Origin: Acidimicrobiia bacterium
Lineage (GTDB): Bacteria > Actinomycetota > Acidimicrobiia > IMCC26256 > JAOSJL01
DNA: 64,000 bases
Direction: 5' to 3'
NCBI GenBank assembly: GCA_027494115.1
Contig: JAOSJL010000001.1
Coordinates: 767,926-831,925, forward strand
Below, piece by piece: positions 11,933 through 20,913 of the stretch. A program made the translations under genes and the position numbers. The notes beneath the pieces were generated by a model. That model was not told where the DNA came from, made no database searches, and saw nothing but the letters and a program-made list of their open reading frames with translations. Position 1 is the first letter of the stretch, and each line of letters opens with the position of its first letter.

Positions 11933-12829
11933 GTGCCTTCGGCCCGACGGAGTGGGGGCTTGCTCGCCGCCACCGCTGCCATGTTCGGCTCATCCTTCCT
12001 CTTCATGTCCGAAGGGCTGGAGAGCCTGAACCCCGGCCTGATCACCTTCTTGCGCCTGCTGCTCGGCACAGCGACGCTGGCGCTCCTGCCGTCGGCGCGG
12101 ACCGTCAGGCTCGAACGTGAGGACTGGGGTCGCGTTGCCGCGCTCGGCGTCGTCTGGATGGCAGTCCCGTTCGTCCTGTTCCCCGTGGCGCAGCAGTGGG
12201 TGGATTCGGCCGTGGCGGGAATGATCACCGGAGCGACACCCCTGTTCAGCGCTGTGGTCGCCAGCGTGCTGCTCCGGCGGCTGCCCGGGCGGATTCAGCG
12301 ATGGGGCCTGCTGATCGGGTTCCTCGGCGTGTTCGCGGTCACCTGGCCAACGCTCCGCGGTGCCGACAGCGGCACCGTCGGGGTGTTGCTCGTGGTCGCA
12401 GCGGTGGGCTGCTACGGGTTCGCCACCAACATGGCGGTTCCCCTCCAGCAGCGTTACGGCTCGATCCCGGTTCTGCTGCGCGCTCAGTTGGTGGCACTCG
12501 TGGCGGTCACTCCGCTGGGACTGGCAAGCATCCCCGGGTCCCACGCCGGGGGCCTGTCCCTGGCCGCGATGGTGCCGCTCGGCGTTCTGGGCACGGGCCT
12601 GGCGCTCGTCACGATCACAACGCTCGTGGGCCGCGCGGGCGCGTCCCGGGGCTCCGTCGCGATCTACTTCGTCCCGCCTGTGGCCCTGTTCCTCGGCGTC
12701 GTCGCTCTCGGCGAGCAGGTCGAAGCCCTCTCCTTCTTCGGAATGGCGCTCGTGGTGGCGGGAGCGTGGCTCACCTCGCGCGCCGATATGGGCATCGTCG
12801 CGATTCCCGAAGGGGTGTCAGAGATCTGA
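11933..12829 (+). CDS. EamA/DMT family transporter
   Basis: 298 aa, about 10 hydrophobic segments in two similar halves, typical of EamA-domain permeases. Confidence 0.75.
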   Translation: MPSARRSGGLLAATAAMFGSSFLFMSEGLESLNPGLITFLRLLLGTATLALLPSARTVRLEREDWGRVAALGVVWMAVPFVLFPVAQQWVDSAVAGMITGATPLFSAVVASVLLRRLPGRIQRWGLLIGFLGVFAVTWPTLRGADSGTVGVLLVVAAVGCYGFATNMAVPLQQRYGSIPVLLRAQLVALVAVTPLGLASIPGSHAGGLSLAAMVPLGVLGTGLALVTITTLVGRAGASRGSVAIYFVPPVALFLGVVALGEQVEALSFFGMALVVAGAWLTSRADMGIVAIPEGVSEI

Positions 12830-12862
12830 CGCGATCCGCGCCGGAGCTCGGAGCGACGCGCC

Positions 12863-13570
12863 TCAACGTGGGTCGGTCACCTCGATGCGCACGCGCTTGT
12901 TTCCCTTGCCCTTCGACTCGGTCTTCACGACCCGAAACGCCCCGATCTCGCCGGTGGAGGCCACGTGTGTCCCACCGTCCGCCTGACGGTCGAGTCCGAC
13001 GATGTCGATGACCCGGATCTCGGGGACCGTTTCGGGAACGAGATTCACCTTCGTGCGGATGAGCTGCTCGTCGAGGACTGCCGCGTCGCGGGGAAGGAAC
13101 TCGACCTCGATCGGCCGGTCGCGCGCGATCTCCTCGTTGACGCGCTCCTCGATCGTCGACCGGAATCCTTCGGGGAGGGGATCGAACTCGAAGTCCATGC
13201 GCGCCCGGAGCGGCTCCATGTTGCCCCCCGTGACCGACTTCTCCCACGCGTGCCAGATGACACCGCACAGGACGTGCAACGCCGAGTGCGTCCGCATGAG
13301 CGCGTGACGTCGTGACCAGTCGAGCTCACCTGTCACCGGTGTGCCGGAAGCGGGCGGGGTTCCGCCCAAGGTGTGCCAGACGAGATCGCCGTCCTTGCGC
13401 ACGCCTGTCACGGGAACTCCGCTGAGCGTTCCCGTGTCGTGGGGTTGGCCACCTCCGGTGGGGTAGAAGGCGGTCCGGTCGAGCGCGACAGCGTCATCAC
13501 CGACGTCGACGACCGTCGCGTCGAAGGACCGGAGGTACGCGTCCCGCAGGAAGAGGAGATCGGTCGCCAC
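12863..13570 (-). CDS. alaX: Alanyl-tRNA editing protein (AlaX-M-like)
   Basis: TAFYPTGGGQPHDTG, HSALHVL (HxxxH) and ADGGTHV motifs of the Ala/Thr-tRNA synthetase second additional (editing) domain. GTG 13570 (VATDLLFLRDAYLRSF) is preferred over the ORF-track start at 13606. Start uncertain. Confidence 0.8.
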   Translation of the reverse strand: MATDLLFLRDAYLRSFDATVVDVGDDAVALDRTAFYPTGGGQPHDTGTLSGVPVTGVRKDGDLVWHTLGGTPPASGTPVTGELDWSRRHALMRTHSALHVLCGVIWHAWEKSVTGGNMEPLRARMDFEFDPLPEGFRSTIEERVNEEIARDRPIEVEFLPRDAAVLDEQLIRTKVNLVPETVPEIRVIDIVGLDRQADGGTHVASTGEIGAFRVVKTESKGKGNKRVRIEVTDPR

Positions 13571-13601
13571 GGGTCCATTCTGGCGCCCCGTTCCGTCGCG
13601 A

Positions 13602-13633
13602 GACACCCCGGAGCGTCATTGCCCCGGGGTGTC
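13602..13633. terminator. Stem-loop between the PII remnant and alaX
   Basis: GACACCCCGG (13602-13611) pairs perfectly with CCGGGGTGTC (13624-13633), with a 12-nt loop. Lies about 70 nt downstream of the PII stop on the minus strand. Confidence 0.4.
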
Positions 13634-13701
13634 GCTGGTACCTGAAACGTGGGACCCGTTGCCGGGCTCCACGGTTACACGTCCTATGGGTACAACGTGG
13701 G

Positions 13702-13977
<276 letters not shown>

Positions 13978-14072
13978 TCACCAGCGACGCCGCCGTTACG
14001 GACCGGCGTCAGTCCTCTTTCGGCTTTCTGACACCGAGCACGCTCCCGATACCGGCGCTACGCTCCCGGCCC

Positions 14073-14504
14073 ATGGCGATACGACGCGGTGATCCATTCC
14101 TGAAGCAACTCAAGAAGGTGCCGCTGTTCGCGGCGCTGTCCCAGAAGGACCTGAAGCTCGTGTCCAAACGAGGCAGCGATCTCGAGGTGCCGGCCGGGAA
14201 GGTCCTCGTGGAGCAGGGGGCAGCGGGCGCCGAGTTCTTCGTCATCGTGTCGGGCACAGCCAAGGTGACCCGACGCGGCAAGAAGGTGGCCACGATCGGA
14301 GCAGGTGACTACTTCGGCGACCTGGCCCTTCTCGACAAGGCACCCCGTAACGCCACCGTCGTCGCCGAGACGCCGATGGAGGTCGTGGTCCTTCCCCAGC
14401 GCGAATTCGCCGGGCTGATCGAGGATGTCCCCGGATTCGCCCGCAAACTGCTCGCGGGCATGGCCCGCCGTCTGCGCGAGGCGGACGCCAAGAGCGTCCA
14501 GTAA
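14073..14504 (+). CDS. Stand-alone cyclic-nucleotide-binding domain protein
   Basis: 143 aa. cNMP-binding beta-barrel motifs: VLVEQGAAGAEFFVIVSG, YFGDLALLD, PRNATVVA. Confidence 0.85.
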   Translation: MAIRRGDPFLKQLKKVPLFAALSQKDLKLVSKRGSDLEVPAGKVLVEQGAAGAEFFVIVSGTAKVTRRGKKVATIGAGDYFGDLALLDKAPRNATVVAETPMEVVVLPQREFAGLIEDVPGFARKLLAGMARRLREADAKSVQ

Positions 14505-14585
14505 CCGGACGACCGTCGAGCCTGGTGCCGAGCCTGATCGGGGCCCCGCGGTAGATTTCGCCCGCTGCCCATCCGGAGAGATCGC

Positions 14586-16802
14586 GTGCGACGTCCCAAG
14601 GCGAGCGAACTGGTTCTCGGTGTCGGTCTGCTCGCGGCGATCGGTACCGTGGCGTCGGGTATCGCTCCCCGCCTCACCGGGTGGGAAGAGGACTCGCCCA
14701 TCCACCGGGCCGTCTTCGGCAACATCCCCGATCCGATCTACTGGGCCTTCTACGCCACAGTCGGCGTCATGCTCTTCTACGTCGCGTGGCTCGTGTCACT
14801 TCGTGTCCGCAACTACGAACGCGGCCGCCCCGACAACCGTCGCACCACGAAGAAGAACGCCAAGCGACGCATGGAGGACTTCCGATCCGCGGTGTGGATG
14901 CAGACGCTGTTGCGGGACCCGGCCGCCGGCGTCATGCACTCGTTCATCTACTTCGGGTTCCTGATTCTCTTCGTCGCCACCGTGGTGCTCGAAGTCGACC
15001 ACCAACTCCCCGAATCGTTGAAGTTCCTCCACGGCACCGTGTACCAGGGCTACTCGGCCACCGCCGACTTCTTCGGCGTGATCTTCGTGATCGGGATCCT
15101 GTGGGCCCTGGCCCGCCGCTACATCCAGCGGCCCTACCGCATCCGCATCAAGACCAAGCCCGAGCATCTCGTGATCCTGCTCGTGTTCCTCGTGATCGGT
15201 GTGACGGGATTCGTTGTCGAGGGACTTCGCATCGCCGCCCAGGGCCGGCCGGCTTTCGAGCAGTGGTCATTCGTGGGCTATGGCTTCGCCGGTGTCTTCG
15301 ACGGCTGGTCGGAGGGGACACTGAGCGACCTACACCGCTGGGCCTGGGTCATCCACTTCCTGGCGTTCCTGGCGTTCCTGATCATCCTGCCGACCACGAT
15401 GCTGCGCCACATGATCACGTCGCCGATCAACGCCTACCTGCGGGACCGGGAGCGCCCGAAGGGCGCCATGAAGCCGATGCCCAACCTCATGGAAACCGAC
15501 CTCGAGACGTTCGGTGCCGTGACGGTCGAGGACTTCACCTGGAAGCAGCTCTTCGACACCGACGCCTGCACGATGTGCGGCCGTTGCACGTCGGTGTGCC
15601 CGGCCCATCTCACCGGCAAGCCGCTCGATCCCCGCGAGATCGTTCTCAAGGTCGGCGAGGTGATGGACGCCACGGGAAACCCGAAAGTGTCGCCGCCCAT
15701 CGGCACGGTTCCCGAGATCACGGTCACGGCGAACTCGGTGTTCGAACGGGTCAGCTCCGAGGAGGTCTGGTCGTGCACCTCGTGCAAGGCGTGCGACGAC
15801 ATCTGCCCGGTCAACATCGAGATCCTCGACAAGATCCTCGACATGCGCCGCTACCTGTCACTGATGGAGAGCGACTTCCCCACCGAGCTCGGCACCGCCT
15901 ACCGGGCGCTCGAGAACCAGCAGAACGTGTGGGGGATGAACCAGTCCGAGCGCGGCGACTGGGCCGAGAACCTCGACGACGAGGTCGTGATCGTCGATCC
16001 GTCGTCGGGCAACCTCGACCACGAGTACCTCTACTGGGTGGGCTGTACCGGCTCGTTCGACGACCGCAACAAGAAGGTCACCGAGGCCATCGCCACACTG
16101 CTCCAGCGCGCCGGGGTCGACTTCGCGATCCTCGGCCCCAGCGAGCTCTGCACGGGAGACCCGGCCCGGCGCTCGGGCAACGAGTACCTGTTCCAGATGC
16201 TCGCCATGCAGAACGTCGAAACCCTGAACGGTCTCGGCGTGAAGAAGATCGTCACCCAGTGCCCGCACTGCTTCAACACGATGCGCAACGAGTATCCCGA
16301 CTGGGGCGGGAACTACGAGGTCGTCCACCACTCACAACTCCTGAGCGAGCTCGTGGAGACGGGCGCACTCGACATGAGCGGCACGAACCTCGCCGAACGT
16401 GTCGCCTACCACGACTCCTGCTACCTGGGTCGCCACAACGACGTCTACATGGCGCCCCGCGAGGTGGTCGCTTCCATCGGCGGTGTCGACGTGGTGGAGA
16501 TGCCGCGCAACGGCACACGCGGCCTGTGCTGCGGCGCGGGCGGTGCGCGGATGTGGATGGAGGAGCACACCGGCAAGAAGATCAACATCGAACGCACCGA
16601 GGAGGCCCTCGCCACGGGCGCCGACCGCATCGCCACGGCGTGCCCCTTCTGTTTCGTGATGATGGACGACGGTGTGCGCGAGAAGGGCAAGGACGAAGAG
16701 GTCGTCGTGCAGGACATCTCGATGGTGATGCTCGACGCGCTGAACGCCCCGGTCACCGAGCGGGCCCCCGCCGGCACGGGCGAGGCCGAGTCCGGTCTCT
16801 GA
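14586..16802 (+). CDS. Membrane-anchored Fe-S oxidoreductase (N-terminal polytopic domain fused to an HdrD/GlpC-like module with 2x[4Fe-4S] and CCG domains)
   Basis: 738 aa. About 5-6 N-terminal TM helices. Ferredoxin motifs CTMCGRCTSVCP and CTSCKACDDICP. Cys-rich CCG halves (WVGCTGSF..., LCCGAGGARMW). As I recall, it resembles the mycobacterial Rv0338c-type reductase. Confidence 0.8.
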   Translation: MRRPKASELVLGVGLLAAIGTVASGIAPRLTGWEEDSPIHRAVFGNIPDPIYWAFYATVGVMLFYVAWLVSLRVRNYERGRPDNRRTTKKNAKRRMEDFRSAVWMQTLLRDPAAGVMHSFIYFGFLILFVATVVLEVDHQLPESLKFLHGTVYQGYSATADFFGVIFVIGILWALARRYIQRPYRIRIKTKPEHLVILLVFLVIGVTGFVVEGLRIAAQGRPAFEQWSFVGYGFAGVFDGWSEGTLSDLHRWAWVIHFLAFLAFLIILPTTMLRHMITSPINAYLRDRERPKGAMKPMPNLMETDLETFGAVTVEDFTWKQLFDTDACTMCGRCTSVCPAHLTGKPLDPREIVLKVGEVMDATGNPKVSPPIGTVPEITVTANSVFERVSSEEVWSCTSCKACDDICPVNIEILDKILDMRRYLSLMESDFPTELGTAYRALENQQNVWGMNQSERGDWAENLDDEVVIVDPSSGNLDHEYLYWVGCTGSFDDRNKKVTEAIATLLQRAGVDFAILGPSELCTGDPARRSGNEYLFQMLAMQNVETLNGLGVKKIVTQCPHCFNTMRNEYPDWGGNYEVVHHSQLLSELVETGALDMSGTNLAERVAYHDSCYLGRHNDVYMAPREVVASIGGVDVVEMPRNGTRGLCCGAGGARMWMEEHTGKKINIERTEEALATGADRIATACPFCFVMMDDGVREKGKDEEVVVQDISMVMLDALNAPVTERAPAGTGEAESGL

Positions 16803-16818
16803 GCTACTCGTTGTCGGC

Positions 16819-18852
16819 TCAGCCCTCGTCGAAGTTCAGGTAGTAGCGGCTCGGCGTCGGGCCGCGCTGGCCCTGGTACTTGGAGCCCTTCGACGTGGAC
16901 CCGTAGGGGTCGTCGGCTTCGGTGGTCATCCTGATGAAGCTGATCTGGCCGATCTTCATGCCCGGGTAGATGGCAATCGGAAGGTTGGCGACGTTGGAGA
17001 GCTCCAACGTGAGATGGCCGTCCCAACCCGCATCGACGAAGCCCGCTGTGTTCGAGACGAACACCCCGCCCCGGCCGGCGAGGAAATTCTCGATGTGGCG
17101 TCCGTTCGGTCTCACCTCGAGGTCGTAGATCGGCTCCGAGAACCCTGTGTCGTGAACCGCGACGACCGTGTCCCAGGACAGGTCGCCATCGGTCAGGCGC
17201 TTCAGCTCGTCGGCTGCGCCCTCCTCAACGAGTGGCTCATACACTTCATGCAGTCGACGGAGTGTCGAGAGACGGACGGCGTCGCGACCGGAGCGCCGCT
17301 CGATGTTGTTCAGATCGCTCGCGTGCTTGTAGCCCAGCCGCCGGGCAGCGTCGGTCTGGGACAGACCAGCGCGGCCGCGGAGTTCCGCGAGGAGGACATC
17401 GGGAAGAGGGACAGACGTCAGCAGCTTGTGCTCGCGTTCGGGCAGGTACACCTGGGTGAGGGGCAGCGTTGACGTCTGCTTGACGCAGGATCCTGCTCGG
17501 CGTCTCAGTCGTGCTGCGAGCAGAAGGACATCGCCGACAAGCCCCTCGGACGTCGTCCACACAGACATGCGGGCCTCGTCGCGCGACCCGTCGCCGTCGA
17601 CGAGGCCCTCCAGGAAGGCCTCGAGGAGGTTCGCAGGCCACCCGAATACAAGTGGGGGAATGCGCTTCTCGGGCGCATGGCCACCAGCCCCGATCCATGT
17701 GAGGAACTCGGATGCAACCGACGAACAACATGTGATCGCACCGGCAGAACGCGAGATGGGCAGGCCGAGCTCCTCCAAAGAGGTCTCGACACGGTCGAGA
17801 ATGGCCTGGTCGGTGTTGGACACGGTGAACTGGTGGCGCCTCCGTGATCCCTCCGCCACGTAGATCCCGAGCAACCACGCGAACTCCTCCGTCGGCCTCA
17901 CGACCGTCGACAACGAGTTGCGGCCACCCCTGACGACGAGTCGGTCCTCGGGGGTGAGGGACGTCTCGAGACCGGGAACCTGTCGCACGAGACTCAAGGG
18001 AAGGCGGGAGGACCGCCGGTAGTGGTCGGTGTGCTTGTAGCCCGAGGCTCGCAGCATCGAGTTCACGGCCCCGGCGGCGCCCGCGAAAGCCGACGCCACC
18101 GTCGGCCCCTCGACACTCAATTCACCGATCATGCCTTCGGGCACGAGGTCGACAACCCGGATCGGCGACCGCGCGTCCGAGTCCGGGCCGGGGACATTCC
18201 GCGGCACGGCGACACGAGCGCCAGCCACGAGCTCACCGGTTCTGATCTTGGCGAGTTGTCCCGCCCGATCGAGTGTGAAGAGGTTGTGCCCGGCCGTCAC
18301 CCGCACTCTGCGCCCCGACGAGAGCTCGACCTCGTAAATGCGATCTTCGGGACCTTCGTAGAAACCGGTGATTTCGTGGTACCCGACATCGAACGTCTCG
18401 GGGTCGAATGCGACGACACGCGCGGAGATCTCCTTGCCGACGAGCTCGCCGATCGACATGAGGCCGACACCTCGCTCGGTCTCCACGAGGATCTCTTCGC
18501 TCGCGGGAAGCGACGAGTGGATGAGAAGACCGAGGCGGCCGAGGCTGCTCTTTCCCTCGAGTCTGGCGACGAGATCGTTCGGCAGTGCGACGCGCTCGCG
18601 GGTGGAGCCCAGAACGAATTCGCCGGGGTGGAGGATGAACGAGCCGTCCTCCGGGACCTCCACGAGTTCGGTGAGATCCTCCTGAGGCTCCTTCGGATCG
18701 ATGTAGGGCGTCGTGTCGTTGCGGAAGACGCGAAAGAAGCTGTCGACGTGGAGGTCGACCGACGAGGGCTGCACCATGTCGAGGTCGAGCGGCTCGATGA
18801 CGATGCGCCCCGCCTCGAGCTCTTCGCGCAGGGTCTTGTCGGAGAGAATCAC
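16819..18852 (-). CDS. dcd: dCTP deaminase interrupted by an intein
   Basis: GTG 18852 ([12 protein letters not shown]...) is the likely start; the raw ORF begins at 18927. N-extein is 113 aa, ending [15 protein letters not shown]-extein is 76 aa, [35 protein letters not shown]...[14 protein letters not shown]. Together they are colinear with ~190-aa Dcd. Confidence 0.9.
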   Translation of the reverse strand: MILSDKTLREELEAGRIVIEPLDLDMVQPSSVDLHVDSFFRVFRNDTTPYIDPKEPQEDLTELVEVPEDGSFILHPGEFVLGSTRERVALPNDLVARLEGKSSLGRLGLLIHSSLPASEEILVETERGVGLMSIGELVGKEISARVVAFDPETFDVGYHEITGFYEGPEDRIYEVELSSGRRVRVTAGHNLFTLDRAGQLAKIRTGELVAGARVAVPRNVPGPDSDARSPIRVVDLVPEGMIGELSVEGPTVASAFAGAAGAVNSMLRASGYKHTDHYRRSSRLPLSLVRQVPGLETSLTPEDRLVVRGGRNSLSTVVRPTEEFAWLLGIYVAEGSRRRHQFTVSNTDQAILDRVETSLEELGLPISRSAGAITCCSSVASEFLTWIGAGGHAPEKRIPPLVFGWPANLLEAFLEGLVDGDGSRDEARMSVWTTSEGLVGDVLLLAARLRRRAGSCVKQTSTLPLTQVYLPEREHKLLTSVPLPDVLLAELRGRAGLSQTDAARRLGYKHASDLNNIERRSGRDAVRLSTLRRLHEVYEPLVEEGAADELKRLTDGDLSWDTVVAVHDTGFSEPIYDLEVRPNGRHIENFLAGRGGVFVSNTAGFVDAGWDGHLTLELSNVANLPIAIYPGMKIGQISFIRMTTEADDPYGSTSKGSKYQGQRGPTPSRYYLNFDEG
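17050..18513 (-). mobile_element. Intein with LAGLIDADG homing-endonuclease domain (488 codons) inside dcd
   Basis: Starts with Ser ([15 protein letters not shown]). Block B is [18 protein letters not shown] motifs are [10 protein letters not shown] and [11 protein letters not shown]. An HTH-like segment reads [24 protein letters not shown]. Ends ...[26 protein letters not shown], followed by Thr+1. Confidence 0.85.
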
Positions 18853-18929
18853 GACGGGAACCCTACCGGCGGGTGCGACGTCCCGGCAGCCCGGAACGGT
18901 TCGGCTCTTGGTACTCTGCGCCCTCACAC

Positions 18930-19003
18930 GCGGGTGTAGTTCAGGGGTAGAACATCAGCTTCCCAAGCTGAGAACGCGAGTTCGATTCTCGTCACCCGCT
19001 CCA
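18930..19003 (+). tRNA. tRNA-Gly (anticodon CCC), CCA encoded
   Basis: Hand-folded cloverleaf. Acceptor GCGGGTG/CACCCGC, D arm GTTC-AGGGGTA-GAAC, anticodon stem TCAGC/GCTGA with loop TTCCCAA, T arm GCGAG-TTCGATT-CTCGT, discriminator T plus CCA. Confidence 0.9.
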
Positions 19004-19030
19004 ATGTGAAGGTCCGGGTCGATCGGCAGA

Positions 19031-19639
19031 TCAGGTGCCCTGGAGCCTTCGCCGCTGAGCGGCCGAGGTCGACGGCGTAGCCTGCTGAATGCGGTAGCGG
19101 AGGTAGACCACACCGCTGCTGAAGACGTGCTCGTCACTGAGGTCAAGATCGATCCGCGTGTCGGCCGGTAGTGCGCTCTTGTGCCCACCGAGGACGACCG
19201 GCCAGACGAACAGGACCAGTTCGTCGACGAGCTCTGCAGCGAGGGCCTGGGCGGCGAGGTTCGGGCCACCAACCAGTAGATCCCTGCTGGCGGCGGCCTT
19301 CATGTCGAGCACCGCGCTGGGGTCGAAGTGGCGGTCGATCCGAGTCTTCGCGGTACGCGGCGCTGTCAGGGTCGAGGAATAGACGACCTTGCCCGCCGCC
19401 TGCCATGCGCTCGCGTAATCGGCCATGAGTTCCGACTGCGCTGCCAGGGTGGGATCGGTCTCCCACACGGCCAGCGTCTCGTACATGCGCCGCCCGTAGA
19501 GGTACGTGCCGACGGATCCCATGAGGTTGGTGATGAAGGCGAAGACATCGTCATCCGGTGGAGCCCAGTCGAAGGCCCCCTGTTCGTTCTCGGTCCAGCC
19601 GTCGACGGACATGTTCGAGGCGTAGATCAGCTTCGCCAT
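19031..19639 (-). CDS. Dihydrofolate-reductase-like (RibD C-terminal domain) family protein
   Basis: ATG 19639 preceded by AGGAGCG. MAKLIYASNMSVDGW...YLYGRRMYE...LLVGGPNLAAQALAAELVDELVLFVWPVVLGG is typical of the RibD_C/YwjB family. The upstream part of the raw ORF is not coding-like. Confidence 0.78.
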   Translation of the reverse strand: MAKLIYASNMSVDGWTENEQGAFDWAPPDDDVFAFITNLMGSVGTYLYGRRMYETLAVWETDPTLAAQSELMADYASAWQAAGKVVYSSTLTAPRTAKTRIDRHFDPSAVLDMKAAASRDLLVGGPNLAAQALAAELVDELVLFVWPVVLGGHKSALPADTRIDLDLSDEHVFSSGVVYLRYRIQQATPSTSAAQRRRLQGT

Positions 19640-19715
19640 GAACGCTCCTGGGGCATCATCCACAGTCTGGATGTCCTCGGCGAAGGATCGAGAGACCGGC
19701 CCACTGCTTCGTGCG

Positions 19716-20207
19716 CTATCCGTCGGCGCCGGGACGGCTCTTTCCGGGGGCCACGGTACGGGCGAGGATGCCGAGCGTCGCGAGCAGCCCGGTCTCCTTG
19801 ATGACGGGGAAGATCCCGGCGTCCCGATAGTCGGGATGGATCTCCGACCAGTCGTAGTAGGACGTGACGAGTGTTCCACCGTCGATGGCCTCGAGGCGGT
19901 ACCCGTAGACATGGCCGAGCGGAGGCTGGATGTTGCCGTCGATCGTCCAGGCGATCTCGGTGTCCTGGTCGTACTTCGTGATGATGACCGTCACGTCGTA
20001 CTCGCCCAGGTCGAAGTCGCGCAGCGAGTCGCGATCCATGTGCATGACGAAGCGGTCGTCGACCGCGGTCGCCGGCTCGCCCTCTGCCGACATCAACATG
20101 CCCGACCCGTCGATCGCCACGTGACCCTGGGGATCTCGCAGCACGTCGAAGATCTCCTCCGGCTCGGCGGCGATCGCCCTCTGCACCTCGATGCGTTCGG
20201 ATGTCAT
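19716..20207 (-). CDS. SRPBCC (START/polyketide-cyclase-like) family protein
   Basis: 163 aa. N-terminal IEVQRAIAAEPEEIFDVLRDP pattern and size are typical of SRPBCC ligand-binding proteins. Family call is from general resemblance only. Confidence 0.6.
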   Translation of the reverse strand: MTSERIEVQRAIAAEPEEIFDVLRDPQGHVAIDGSGMLMSAEGEPATAVDDRFVMHMDRDSLRDFDLGEYDVTVIITKYDQDTEIAWTIDGNIQPPLGHVYGYRLEAIDGGTLVTSYYDWSEIHPDYRDAGIFPVIKETGLLATLGILARTVAPGKSRPGADG

Positions 20208-20214
20208 GAACGAA

Positions 20215-20233
20215 TGGTATCACTTTGGTATCA
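20215..20233. promoter_or_regulatory. Direct repeat TGGTATCA x2 (11-bp phase) with a TATCAT -10-like box just upstream of the antitoxin ATG
   Basis: TGGTATCA at 20215-20222 and 20226-20233, inside the 33-bp divergent spacer. TATCAT ends 6 nt before ATG 20241, which is compatible with a leaderless transcript and an RHH operator. Confidence 0.45.
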
Positions 20234-20240
20234 TGCACAC

Positions 20241-20444
20241 ATGGCCATGACACTCCGACTCTCCGAGGACGAGCACCGGGCGTTGCAGGAGCTGGCGGCC
20301 GCCGAAGGCATCTCCATGCAGGAGGCGGCCCGTCGTGCCGTTCGCGACTTCGTCATCCGCAACGAGCACCGCGATCGGGTGTCGAGCGCCGCTCGGCGCG
20401 TCATCGAGACCCACGCCGACGCCCTCGATCGACTCGGTCGATGA
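20241..20444 (+). CDS. Ribbon-helix-helix antitoxin (Phd/CopG-like partner of Doc)
   Basis: 67 aa. MAMTLRLSEDEHRALQELAAAEGISMQEAARRAVRDFV is an RHH fold pattern. ATGA overlap with the downstream Doc gene. Confidence 0.8.
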   Translation: MAMTLRLSEDEHRALQELAAAEGISMQEAARRAVRDFVIRNEHRDRVSSAARRVIETHADALDRLGR

Positions 20445-20821
20445 ACCTCGAGGTCGAGTATCTCGACCTCGAGGACGTCGTCGGGCTTGCCTCCCGGCTT
20501 CTCGGCGATCAGCCGCCCGTTCGAGACATCGGACTCCTGGGGTCGGCCGTGGCGCGACCGCAGACCACTGTCTTCGGTGACGACGCCTATCAGGATCTGT
20601 GGACCAAGGCGGCAGCGCTGCTCGATTCCATCGTCAACAACCACCCCCTTGTCGACGGCAACAAGCGCTTGGGGTGGCTCGCGACCGCCGTTTTCCTCGA
20701 GATCAACGGGATCACCATCAGCGTCGCCCGAAACGACGACGTGTACGACCTCGTCGTCCACGTCGCGACCCGTCACTCCGACGTCGAGGCGATCGCGTCG
20801 ATGCTGGCCGCGCTCATCTGA
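20441..20821 (+). CDS. doc: Doc (death-on-curing) family toxin, Fic fold
   Basis: 126 aa. Doc signature HPLVDGNKR (HxFx[DN][AG]NKR type). Translationally coupled to the upstream RHH gene. Confidence 0.85.
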   Translation: MNLEVEYLDLEDVVGLASRLLGDQPPVRDIGLLGSAVARPQTTVFGDDAYQDLWTKAAALLDSIVNNHPLVDGNKRLGWLATAVFLEINGITISVARNDDVYDLVVHVATRHSDVEAIASMLAALI

Positions 20822-20913
20822 CGGCTCTGCCCGAGAAGGATCGCCTCCTGATGGCTTGCAGTGTTGCCGCAGTCACCACGGGGTGAGGGTCTCACGCACC
20901 AACCCGCTCCGAG

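Noticed and set aside
19004-20913. Possible small genomic island integrated at tRNA-Gly, comprising the DHFR-like, SRPBCC and RHH-Doc genes.
   Set aside because: No integrase or recombinase is present. The only candidate att repeat is a 9-nt match (ACCCGCTCC) to the tRNA 3' end near 20895, which is too short to be meaningful. Base composition is not visibly different from the flanks.
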